DNA of 64,000 nt from Bacteroidales bacterium (GTDB lineage: Bacteria > Bacteroidota > Bacteroidia > Bacteroidales > UBA10428). Location: the NCBI GenBank assembly GCA_016934055.1, contig JAFGTR010000087.1, forward strand, positions 17,780 through 81,779. Direction: 5' to 3'. Every line of letters starts with the position of its first letter. Within the stretch, counting starts at the first letter, position 1. The position numbers and the translations under genes were made by a program. The notes below the pieces were generated by a model that was given only the letters and a program-made list of their open reading frames with translations, was not told where the DNA came from and searched no databases. This document shows, one piece after another, positions 44,397 through 53,582 of the stretch.

Positions 44397-44598
44397 GAAT
44401 TATTTTGGTATTGGTCTTAGAGAAGGCACAAGCAGACGCTCAGTATGGAATACCGATTACTGAATACCGGTTACTGAACACTGGTTTCCCCCTATCCTGC
44501 TCTGCCAGATCTGTAGCTGCTTCAGAACCATAAACTGTAAAACACAGGCAGGTCTTTCCTCCCCAAACCCCACCACCCACACAACTTGTCCCTTGTCC

Positions 44599-45831
44599 CT
44601 AATACAGCATCCTCACCCGTATGGTTCCCTCAATGGCTTTTAATTCTTTCAGTATGCTGCTGCCAAGCTTGCTGTCTGTATCAATGATCACATAGCCTAT
44701 ATCAGGATCAGTCTGAAGGTATTCTGCTGCTATATTAATGCCTTTTGATGTGAATACATAGTTAACCTCTTTCAATATGCCGGGCTCATTCTTATGGATA
44801 TGCAGGAAACGTTGTACATTATGGTTGGGCTGAAGGGATATCTGCACAAAATTGGTTGACCCTATGGTTGCACCTGTATCACTGTATTTCACAAGTTTTT
44901 CCGCCACCTCTGTTCCTATGTTCTCCTGGGCCTCTATAGTGCTTCCCCCCACATGAGGCGACAGGATAACATTATCATAGTGTTGCAGATCGGAGATAAA
45001 GGGATCAGTATTTGAAGCCGGTTCATCCGGAAATACATCAAGGGCTGCACCCAAAAGATGACCTGATTTTAAAGCTTTTGTCAAGGCAGAAATATCAACA
45101 ACCGAACCCCTTGCCAGGTTAAGCAGGCATGACCCTTTGCGCATTAATGACAATTCACGTTCACCGATCATATTCCGCGTAAGAGATGTTTCGGGAACAT
45201 GGAGGGTCACAATATGCGCAACAGACAGTAATTCCTCGAGTGAAGAACAGGCAACAGCTTTTCCCAGACTCAGCTTTTTAACGATATCATAATAATATAC
45301 ATTCATACCCAGGGCCTCTGCCAGGATCGACACCTGTGATCCGATGTGCCCGTAACCAATAATTCCCAGATTCTTATCACGAACCTCAAAGGAATTGCTG
45401 GCTGATTTCAGCCATTTCCCTTTATGGGCAGCTGCATTTTTCACAGGGATATTGCGCAGAAGCAAAATACACTCGGCAATGACCAGCTCAGCTACCGAAC
45501 GTGTGTTGGAAAACGGAGCATTGAAAACCGGAATGCCCGACAGTTTGGCCGTATTGTTATCAACCTGGTTGGTACCAATGCTGAAACAACCTATGGCAAA
45601 CAGCTTTTCAGCGGCATTCAATATCTCTTTTGTAAGATGAGTGCGTGAACGGATACCAATAATGCTGGCATGCCTTATTTTTTCTTTTAAAACTTCATCA
45701 CTAAGAGCGTTAGGAAGGCATTCTATATTCGTATAGCCATTGCCAACAAAAAAATCATGTGCACTCTGATGAATGCCCTCAAGGAGCAATACTTTGATCT
45801 TTTCTTTCTGAAGCGAATACTTTCTGGTCAT
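44599..45831 (-). CDS. serA: D-3-phosphoglycerate dehydrogenase with C-terminal ACT domain
   Basis: GIIGYGHIGSQ NAD motif, the LLNLARG...D and SPHVGGST catalytic region, and an ACT-like tail (LHIHKNEPGIL). Confidence 0.9.
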   Translation of the reverse strand: MTRKYSLQKEKIKVLLLEGIHQSAHDFFVGNGYTNIECLPNALSDEVLKEKIRHASIIGIRSRTHLTKEILNAAEKLFAIGCFSIGTNQVDNNTAKLSGIPVFNAPFSNTRSVAELVIAECILLLRNIPVKNAAAHKGKWLKSASNSFEVRDKNLGIIGYGHIGSQVSILAEALGMNVYYYDIVKKLSLGKAVACSSLEELLSVAHIVTLHVPETSLTRNMIGERELSLMRKGSCLLNLARGSVVDISALTKALKSGHLLGAALDVFPDEPASNTDPFISDLQHYDNVILSPHVGGSTIEAQENIGTEVAEKLVKYSDTGATIGSTNFVQISLQPNHNVQRFLHIHKNEPGILKEVNYVFTSKGINIAAEYLQTDPDIGYVIIDTDSKLGSSILKELKAIEGTIRVRMLY

Positions 45832-46198
45832 AGTTCAATCCGGTATAAAACCAATATTGAGTCCACCACAAAAACTTTAAACGGTTCAATCCATTGCAGA
45901 TAATATTTGCCACTAAAACACTAAAACACCAAAATAATCTCATGCAATAAAGCAATGTTGTATGCTTTTTTGCTTTCGTACCTTTTGTTAAAAACTTATA
46001 CTCCAATTCCTTTGTGGTAAAACAGGTTTTCCAATCAGGGATGAAAATAAAAAAAACCGTGAATAATGAATTACTAATATCTGTTATTGCCGACATTTAA
46101 CAACAATATTTTAACTCTGATCATAAAATGCTATCTTGCCGATAAAACAAATAATTTTACAAATCGTATTATTTTTAAAACAATATTCATTTCTGAAC

Positions 46199-47305
46199 GT
46201 GCGATATCTGTTAAAAATAACCATATCAGGTATACTGCTGTCTTTTTTGCTGAAAGCTTCGCTTTCATCGCAGGTTCTTAATGACTCAGCCACATATAAC
46301 CTTATAAAAAAAGGCGTGGAATACATTTATAACTGTGAATTCGATAAGGCCACGGCCGTTTATGAAAAACTTAAATCAGGATATCCGGAACATCCCATGC
46401 CATACCTTTTCAACGGGATGATAACATACTGGCGTTATTTTCCGTTGATCCCCACTTCTCCGATAGTGTCATCTTTTGAACAAAACATGTATAAATGCAT
46501 TGAACTGTGCGAAAAGATACCCGATCCATCATATGAACCTGAATATGCCTTATCAGAACTCGGTGCCAGGGGATTACTCTTACTTTATTATGCTGATAAC
46601 GATCTCAGCATGAGCGTTATTTCGATAGCTGCCAAAACTTACCAGCTGGTCACCCGCGCTTTTGATTTAACTGATTCCTATGATGATTTTTATTTTATAA
46701 CCGGACTGTATAATTATTACAGGGAGGCATATCCTGAATCACATCCGGTGTACAAACCATTTGCCATTCTGTTTCCCCGGGGAGATAAGGTAAAAGGATT
46801 GAAAGAGCTGAGTCAGGCTGCACGTTATGCCATATTTCTGAAAGCTGAAGCCTATACTTTTCTTTCAGGGATTTATATCAGTTTTGAGAACAACTACCCT
46901 ACAGCACTTGCTTACAGTAAAAATTTGTACAGACAATACCCAAATAATAATCAGTTTCTTTCTGTTTATATAAAAAACATCCTGTTAATGAAACGTTATG
47001 ATGAGGCGGAAAAATTGCTTGGACAGAATAAAAATCCCGAGAGCTTTTATTTCCGGTTTCAAAAAAACATTTTTAAGGGTATCCTCTATGAAAAGAAGTA
47101 TCATAACAGCTACCTGGCTGAAACATTCTATAAGGCTGGCATAAAGCAGGCCGAAACCATCGGTGATTTTGCGAACGAATACCTTGCTTATGCCTATTTT
47201 GGTTTAAGCCGGATTATGAAAACTAAAAATGAAAACAAGTTAAGTAAAAGTTATTACAAGAAGGCAATGGATCTGGCCGCCTTCAAGAATGTGAATTTCA
47301 ATTAA
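46199..47305 (+). CDS. secreted TPR-like hypothetical protein
   Basis: GTG 46199 gives a signal-like N-terminus (RYLLKITISGILLSFLLKASLSSQ); the listed TTG 46136 is the longest alternative. Helical repeat composition. No motif recognised. Confidence 0.5.
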   Translation: MRYLLKITISGILLSFLLKASLSSQVLNDSATYNLIKKGVEYIYNCEFDKATAVYEKLKSGYPEHPMPYLFNGMITYWRYFPLIPTSPIVSSFEQNMYKCIELCEKIPDPSYEPEYALSELGARGLLLLYYADNDLSMSVISIAAKTYQLVTRAFDLTDSYDDFYFITGLYNYYREAYPESHPVYKPFAILFPRGDKVKGLKELSQAARYAIFLKAEAYTFLSGIYISFENNYPTALAYSKNLYRQYPNNNQFLSVYIKNILLMKRYDEAEKLLGQNKNPESFYFRFQKNIFKGILYEKKYHNSYLAETFYKAGIKQAETIGDFANEYLAYAYFGLSRIMKTKNENKLSKSYYKKAMDLAAFKNVNFN

Positions 47306-47457
47306 TTCAAGTTACCGTCAATAAAATTCTTAATGCGATTTAAAAACATTGAATAATAATTTTTGATTTAAGAAAAGGTAAGTCTAAGTTGTATAGAATA
47401 TATTGTATTGTTTAGCATTTTACTTCATAATTCTTAAGTCAATGTCGTTTAGTTAAG
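47303..47457 (-). repeat. family D repeat copy 3 (reverse orientation)
   Basis: The reverse complement aligns end to end with 12393-12570: CTTAACTAAACGACATTGA..., TTCTTAAATCAAAAAT, ATTAAGAATTTTATTGACGGTAACTTGAATTAAT. It starts on the stop codon of the preceding gene. Confidence 0.7.
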
Positions 47458-48081
47458 CTATAATCCTTTTTAATTCATGTCATAAAGCCTTTTAAAAGGT
47501 GATGCTTTCGTTTATTTTTCCTGGCAGGTCTTTTTATTTCTCTTGTAGCTTCAATCATTTTATTAAAAGCTTTTAACGCTCGTTTTATCAGTTTTTTAAT
47601 AGATTTTGAAAAAACTAAGTGGTTTTCTTACTCCATGATGCTGCAAGTTACAGTTCGGAATACCCGGCCTATACTTGCAATAGGAGGGGAAATACATTCC
47701 CAATAAACCATACTTAGAACCATGATTAAATATTTAATTGAAAAACTTAGCAACGACAAACTCTGATTTGCATTTTATCTTAAAAAAACTAAAATTTTCC
47801 TTCACTTAAAAAAAAATAAAAGAAATTAAAATTTTTAAAGTATATTTGTTGATTATTTTAAGCTTACTTAAATATTTAATTAAACATACTTTATATAATA
47901 ATTTCGATTGACATTATTTTTAAAGCAATGTGTTAGCAAATTAGCCTTTCCGCAGCAAATAGCAGGCTTATAACCCTGGCAGGAATATTTTTTACTAACA
48001 ATGCTTTGGCAACTTATATGACAAGAAAACTAAATGAAGGTTTTATCAATACTTTTTATAAAACAAGTAAAATAGGCAGAT

Positions 48082-50463
48082 ATGAATCGACCCGTATTAT
48101 TGTTTTGTTTTATTATGCTCATATTCCCGGTCATTAAGGCTCAACATACTGATGCCAATATATTTGGAGATGTGCAATGTGAAGGAGTGCATATTCCGTT
48201 TGCCAATGTTTATATAGAAGGCACAACAATTGGCACAACTACTGATGCTACCGGGCATTATATGCTGATTGATTTACCGGAAGGTAAACATGTAATTGTG
48301 GCAAAATCATTAGGATATTCAACTGTCAAGAAGGAAGTAGCTGTTGAAGCAAACAAAACACTTGAAATAAATTTCGTGTTGGAACAAGTGGTGATGACTG
48401 TTGATGAGGTTGTAATTACAGGAACAAAAACTTTTAGCAGAAGTACTGAAACGCCTGTTATTGTTAATGTATTGAATAGTAAAAATATCGAAGCTGTACA
48501 GGCCTGCAATATTTCCGAAGCCCTCAAATTTCAACCCGGTTTAAGAGTTGAAACAAACTGTCAGACATGCAATTATACACAATTACGCATTAATGGGCTT
48601 GGTGGCGGATATTCTCAGATTTTAATCAACGGAAGACTAATTTACAGTCCTTTAATCGGACTGTATGGCATGGAGCAAATACCTGCAAATATGGTTGAAC
48701 GTATTGAAGTTGTCAGGGGGGGTGGTTCTGCTTTATACGGATCAAGTGCTATCGGGGGAACGGTTAATGTGATTACGCACATCCCAAATAATGCCGATTA
48801 CAGTATAAGTTTTTCAACCCATAAAATTGATAAAGAATCTTTAGACAACTTATTGTTTGCAAATGTTACAATGGTATCGAAAAAGCGAAATGCAGGTGTG
48901 GTCCTTTTTGCAAATCGCAGATACCGTGAAGCTTATGACCATATTGGCGTTACGCTAAATTCTGATGGAATTAAAAAAGTTGAAAAGGACAATTTTTCAG
49001 AATTTCCGGAATTAAGAAACAACTCTTTTGGCGGAAATATTTTCTATCGGCCCGCACCAAATCAAAAACTTGAAATAAACTTCACAAGTATATATGAATA
49101 TCGCTATGGTGGTGAAATGGTAGATAAAAAAGCACATCTGGCACAACAATCAGAAGAAAGAGTGCATAATATTTTAATGGGGGGCGTTGATTACCAGGTA
49201 AATTTTAATAACGACAACAGTTCTTTTATTGCGTACATTGCAGGACAATATACTAACAGGAAGCATTATACCGGACTTTATCCCGTCAGGGAAGAGTATG
49301 AATCTGATTCAGCTTTTTATAACGCTGAGCAAATACATTTAAAGAATCCTCCTTATGGTGCTACTGATAATACCACCCTGCAGGGAGGCTTGCAATTTAA
49401 CCACAGGATTCCGCATTTTATTTCAGGAAGCAATACATTAACAGCAGGAATGGAATACATTACGGACAATATTATCGATTCAATACCTCAATTTCAATAT
49501 GGAAAAAACCAGTTAACGGATAATATAGCATTTTTCTTACAAAGCAATTGGAAAGTCTCATCTTCAATTACTTTTCTGGCAGGATTAAGGGCTGACAAGC
49601 ACAATTTAATTGACCATGTTATTGTCAGTCCTCGCCTATCCTTTCTTTACAGGTTAAGGAATTATACCCAATTACGCCTGACCTGGGGAACAGGATACAG
49701 GGCACCACAAGCTTTTGATGCCGACATGCACATTGCTTTTGCCGGTGGTGGCGTTTCCCGTATTTTTTTGGCTGACGATTTGAAAGAAGAACGTTCAAAT
49801 AGTTTTAGCGGATCTGTGAATTTTGATTTACCTCGACCCAAATATATTGTCGGGTTTACCCTGGAAGGTTTTTACACCAAGTTAAACGATGCTTTTTACC
49901 TGCAACCTGCTGGTAAAGATGAACTCGGTGAACAATTTGAAAAAAGAAATGGTCGCGGAGCAACTGTAAAAGGCACAACCCTTGAAATCAGAACAAATTA
50001 CAACAAAAAGGCACAAATTGAAGCCGGATTTACCTTGCAATCAAGCTTGCATGATGAAGCAGTAGAGAACATCAAAGGAATAGAATCTAAAAGAGAATTT
50101 TTAAGGACTCCTGATGAATATGGTTACATAATAATAACTTTATATCCGGCTGAAAGATTTAATGCATCTGTAAGCAGTCTTTATACCGGATCAATGTTAC
50201 TGGCAAAATTCTCACCAAACGAATTAATTTATCCTGATGAATACAGAAGATCACCTTCATTCACGGAAATGAGCTTTAAATTAGGATATATTTTCCCATT
50301 GAAAACTATCGACTCAGGTATTGAAATATATGGAGGAATCAAAAATATAACCAATGTTTACCAGGATGATTTTGATAACTACCGCAACAGAGACAGCAAT
50401 TATATTTACGGGCCATCGCTGCCAAGAAGTATTTATATCGGAATAAAACTTAAAGCCCTGTAA
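48082..50463 (+). CDS. TonB-dependent outer membrane receptor with CarboxypepD_reg-like N-terminal domain
   Basis: Signal peptide, plug region (VVITGTK..., NCQTCNYTQLRINGLGGGYSQILINGR, VRGGGSALYGSSAIGGTVNVI) and a C-terminal beta-barrel. Substrate not inferable. Confidence 0.85.
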   Translation: MNRPVLLFCFIMLIFPVIKAQHTDANIFGDVQCEGVHIPFANVYIEGTTIGTTTDATGHYMLIDLPEGKHVIVAKSLGYSTVKKEVAVEANKTLEINFVLEQVVMTVDEVVITGTKTFSRSTETPVIVNVLNSKNIEAVQACNISEALKFQPGLRVETNCQTCNYTQLRINGLGGGYSQILINGRLIYSPLIGLYGMEQIPANMVERIEVVRGGGSALYGSSAIGGTVNVITHIPNNADYSISFSTHKIDKESLDNLLFANVTMVSKKRNAGVVLFANRRYREAYDHIGVTLNSDGIKKVEKDNFSEFPELRNNSFGGNIFYRPAPNQKLEINFTSIYEYRYGGEMVDKKAHLAQQSEERVHNILMGGVDYQVNFNNDNSSFIAYIAGQYTNRKHYTGLYPVREEYESDSAFYNAEQIHLKNPPYGATDNTTLQGGLQFNHRIPHFISGSNTLTAGMEYITDNIIDSIPQFQYGKNQLTDNIAFFLQSNWKVSSSITFLAGLRADKHNLIDHVIVSPRLSFLYRLRNYTQLRLTWGTGYRAPQAFDADMHIAFAGGGVSRIFLADDLKEERSNSFSGSVNFDLPRPKYIVGFTLEGFYTKLNDAFYLQPAGKDELGEQFEKRNGRGATVKGTTLEIRTNYNKKAQIEAGFTLQSSLHDEAVENIKGIESKREFLRTPDEYGYIIITLYPAERFNASVSSLYTGSMLLAKFSPNELIYPDEYRRSPSFTEMSFKLGYIFPLKTIDSGIEIYGGIKNITNVYQDDFDNYRNRDSNYIYGPSLPRSIYIGIKLKAL

Positions 50464-50559
50464 AAAAGCTTATAATTCCTGTTGAGGCTTTATAAAGGTC
50501 ATGTGTACGCTCCAACGCTGCAAAAAATTATAATTCAACGATAGCTGTCTGACGTTTCG

Positions 50560-50612
50560 TCACTGCCGCGAGGTAAAGCCCGGGGTACCAGGCCTATACC
50601 TCGCGGCAGTGA
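50560..50612. other. 16-bp perfect-stem hairpin
   Basis: TCACTGCCGCGAGGTA (50560-50575) and TACCTCGCGGCAGTGA (50597-50612) with a 21-nt loop. It lies between the TonB receptor 3' end and tRNA-Arg. Confidence 0.65.
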
Positions 50613-50689
50613 GGTGTTTGATTAGTGAGAAATAAAAAAAGGAGTGCAGGTTTCTCTCTTGTTCAAAACTCACACTCCAAACTGTTCTG

Positions 50690-50763
50690 TGACCCCGGCG
50701 GGACTCAAACCCACAACCTTCTGATCCGTAGTCAGATGCTCTATTCAATTAAGCTACGGGGCC
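50690..50763 (-). tRNA. tRNA-Arg (anticodon ACG)
   Basis: Reverse complement GGCCCCGTAGCTTAATTGAATAGAGCATCTGACTACGGATCAGAAGGTTGTGGGTTTGAGTCCCGCCGGGGTCA folds as a 74 nt cloverleaf with anticodon loop CT-ACG-GA. Confidence 0.9.
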
Positions 50764-50849
50764 TGTTTTTCGGAGTGCAAATATAGAAAAAAATGATCGA
50801 ATACCATCAGGATTCAATAAAGAGATTTCCTGAGGCAGATGCATTGCAA

Positions 50850-52469
50850 TTATTCATCTGCAGGACAGCCTGGCAATGTTATTGTAACAGTGGTTCCCTG
50901 CCCTTCCCTGCTTTCAATAGCCAGTGAGCCATGGTTCATTTTTATCATATCACGGCAAAGGGAGAGTCCGAGACCTGTGCCCGGTTCATTTCCTGTACCC
51001 ATCCTTGATATATTAATTTCCTCTTTAAGAAGAATTTCAATATCCTGTTGCGGAATACCTACGCCTGTATCCTGAACAGTAATATCGATCTTATCTTCCA
51101 AAACCATGGCATCAATAACAACCTGACCGCCAGCAGCAGTATATTTTAATGCATTGGAAATCAGATTTTGCAGCACTGAATGCATCATATTCCGGTCAGC
51201 CCGGATAAAAGTTTCGGGATAAACATAGGTTATGAGTTGTATATCTTTATTTTCGGCAACATGATAATAAAGATCATGCGCATCTTTCACAGCTTCATAC
51301 AGATCGAACTTTGTTATAACCGGCTTAATTTTACTGCGCTGCATCTTCGACCAGTCGGATAGATTCTCAAGCAGACCGTAAGAATTTCTGACCGATGCAT
51401 CAATGGCATTAACCAATTGAGTTATTTTACCTTTATCCAGCTCCTGTATCTTTTCCCTGAGTATATCCGAAAAACCCATTATATTGCTGAACGGATTTTT
51501 CAGATCATGGGTTATAAGCTGCAGAAATTTGTCCTTGCGGTGATCTGCTTCAATCAACTCATCAATTTTTTGCTGCATATGATCAACCGAATCAATCCGG
51601 CTGAGTTCCGTACCAGCACGTGAAGCCAGTAAGGATAAAACATAACGTGAATTAGGAATTTCTTCCATAGGATGGTCATCCATCAGAATGATCATACCTG
51701 TTACCTCGCCTTCATCATTAAATATCGGGGCTCCCATAAAACTATCTGCCCCCAGGATGGTAACAAGCTCATCATCAGGAAACATCTCCTTCAGGTTTCT
51801 CGGATAAAAAGTAGTATATCCTTTCAGGACATTAAGCGAAGAACTGCCTTCAAGTGAAAATGAAAAATTCTCTCTGTTTGTTCCGTTTGCCCAGCAATGC
51901 AGAGTTGACGCTTTCATCGAACCGGGTTCATCAAGACGGGCGACAAGACAGAAACGGGCATCAAAGGCTTTTGACAATAATCCTGTAATGGCGCTAAAGT
52001 ATTCCAGTCCACTCACCTTTGAGGTGTGTTTTACCAAAGTTGACATCATCTCTGCTGTTTTCAGATAATCAACAACCCTTCTGGCACGAAATACAATTAT
52101 TTTACCGGATTCTGTTTCGATAGGCTTAACATTAATCCTTCCCCAGAAAACATTACCCCTGATGGTCTTAAACGCCAATTCATGACTGTATTCCTGACCT
52201 TTGTTAATAGTTTCAATAAACTGATTTTTACTGAACTCAACAGGTTTAACATCATAAAGGCTGAAAACCTCGAAGCTTATAAGATCATTTTTATGTTGTG
52301 CCTGAAACAGACTCAAAGCCTTTTTATTGCAGTCAATAATTGTAAAATCAGCGCTGTTTAACAGAAAAATAGCATCGGGTGAATCATCAAATATGGCCCT
52401 GAAAAGTGGATCATCTTTGTATATCTTCAGAAATGATTCCTGCTTATTAAGGATTTTGAAGTTACGCAT
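50850..52469 (-). CDS. cytoplasmic PAS-GAF sensor histidine kinase
   Basis: N-terminal PAS-like and GAF-like regions, HisKA H-box (FLQLITHDLKNPF) and HATPase_c (N box QNLISNALKYT, G boxes DTGVGIP and GTGLGLS). No cognate regulator adjacent. Confidence 0.85.
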   Translation of the reverse strand: MRNFKILNKQESFLKIYKDDPLFRAIFDDSPDAIFLLNSADFTIIDCNKKALSLFQAQHKNDLISFEVFSLYDVKPVEFSKNQFIETINKGQEYSHELAFKTIRGNVFWGRINVKPIETESGKIIVFRARRVVDYLKTAEMMSTLVKHTSKVSGLEYFSAITGLLSKAFDARFCLVARLDEPGSMKASTLHCWANGTNRENFSFSLEGSSSLNVLKGYTTFYPRNLKEMFPDDELVTILGADSFMGAPIFNDEGEVTGMIILMDDHPMEEIPNSRYVLSLLASRAGTELSRIDSVDHMQQKIDELIEADHRKDKFLQLITHDLKNPFSNIMGFSDILREKIQELDKGKITQLVNAIDASVRNSYGLLENLSDWSKMQRSKIKPVITKFDLYEAVKDAHDLYYHVAENKDIQLITYVYPETFIRADRNMMHSVLQNLISNALKYTAAGGQVVIDAMVLEDKIDITVQDTGVGIPQQDIEILLKEEINISRMGTGNEPGTGLGLSLCRDMIKMNHGSLAIESREGQGTTVTITLPGCPADE

Positions 52470-52713
52470 AGACCAAAGTCTTTAGTTTGATAGTAGTTCC
52501 TTTTCAAATATTACGACTTTATGTTGTATAAGGTTAAAAGAAATTGACGAAATGACGTTTTTTTTTTATGAACGGAAAAAGACTGGCTTCATTATAAGAA
52601 AAAGTATAAAAAGTAAACAAAAAAGCAGTTTTATATTATACTATTACTGTAACAAGTTACTGTTACAGGTGAACCGTGGAATATTTACAGATTAACTGAT
52701 TTACAATTAACGG

Positions 52714-52866
52714 ACCTGCCTGCCAAAGCGGCAGCGCAGGCAGGTTATCTGTGAACTAAAAAAGGTTTGAGCATTTGAAAATTTGAAGTATGATAGTTTT
52801 TCTATGACACGATAATACTGTGGACTGTGGACCTGTCTGCTGACAGGCAGGCTGTCGACCGTGGAC
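52714..52866 (+). repeat. two GC hairpin elements (10-bp stem hairpin; family A copy 2)
   Basis: ACCTGCCTGC (52714-52723) pairs with GCAGGCAGGT (52737-52746). GTGGACTGTGGACCTGTCTGCTGACAGGCAGGCTGTCGACCGTGGAC (52820-52866) parallels 3735-3781. Confidence 0.75.
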
Positions 52867-52873
52867 TCTTTAC

Positions 52874-53257
52874 TTATTTAAACAGTTCTTCATCACGAAT
52901 GAGCAACAAGATTGCATTATGGGGTATAATAACGTATTTTTCGCTGTTGAATTCAATTTCCCAGCCGTTTTTCTGCAGGTATACTGCCAGATCTCCTTCT
53001 TTGGGCTGAAGCGGAACATACTTTACCTCATTGCTCTTGTCTTTCCAGGGCTCATCAACTTCGTTAACAGCAGGAATCGGGTATCCCGGGCCAACCTTTA
53101 GCACATAACCACTCTGGATCGATTCCTTTTCCTGAACACCAGGGGGAAGGTATAAACCGGTATTGGTTTTGTCATGGGGTGTTTTGGGCTTTATCAAAAC
53201 CCTGTCTCCGACCATAATAAACTTTTCAAGCTTCTGTTTTCCAATTTCAAGTGCCAT
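52874..53257 (-). CDS. GroES/Cpn10-like protein (long form, not linked to groEL here)
   Basis: VGDRVLIKP...TNTGLYLP...SGYVLKVGPG...EGDLAVY follows the Cpn10 beta-barrel pattern. At 127 aa it has an insertion and a C-terminal extension. Confidence 0.6.
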   Translation of the reverse strand: MALEIGKQKLEKFIMVGDRVLIKPKTPHDKTNTGLYLPPGVQEKESIQSGYVLKVGPGYPIPAVNEVDEPWKDKSNEVKYVPLQPKEGDLAVYLQKNGWEIEFNSEKYVIIPHNAILLLIRDEELFK

Positions 53258-53582
53258 AATTTATGTATTGATAGTGTAAAGATAGATAATCATATTGTGT
53301 GAATAGAAATGACTAATAAATAAAAGATTGATGGAATAAAGATTAATTCGTGAGATTAATATTCCGGAATTGTAGTATTTGCAGTATATCAAACCGATTC
53401 TTTTCTCTTTTTTCTTTTATCTATAATCTAAATCTTGATTCTTCACTCAATAAAATATGCAAAACTGGTGTTAGTAAATAAACAAAAAATTGTTTCTATT
53501 TTTACTATTTTTATTGTGTCATTTTTGTTTTACGAAACCATTAAAAAATAAACGCGTAATAATAGGATAAATAACCTGCCTT

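Noticed and set aside
44480-44570. Possible SRP (4.5S) RNA, suggested by GAAGCAGC on the reverse strand
   Set aside because: The flanking conserved elements (GGUCCGGAAGGAAGCAGCC with a GNAR tetraloop, and a paired 5'/3' domain IV helix) are not present. Only a 8-nt coincidence remains.
47661-47678. Similarity between TACCCGGCCTATACTTGC here and TACCAGGCCTATACCTCG in the 50560-50612 hairpin loop
   Set aside because: Only 14 of 18 positions match, with a 9-nt exact core. Exact 9-mers shared by chance are expected thousands of times among all position pairs in 64 kb, so this is not evidence for a family.
47507-47710. 67-codon open frame with a TM-like segment (FFLAGLFISLVASIILLKAF)
   Set aside because: It has no ATG, GTG or TTG start before its last third and no recognisable homology pattern. 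Open frames of this kind occur readily in AT-rich sequence.
47458-48081. Riboswitch upstream of the TonB-dependent receptor (cobalamin or TPP types expected for such receptors)
   Set aside because: I could not find a B12 box (GCCACTG-like) or a THI box (CTGAGA ... ACCTGATCTGGATAATGCCAGCG-like), nor any other riboswitch core I know. The question stays open only as a generic long-leader observation.
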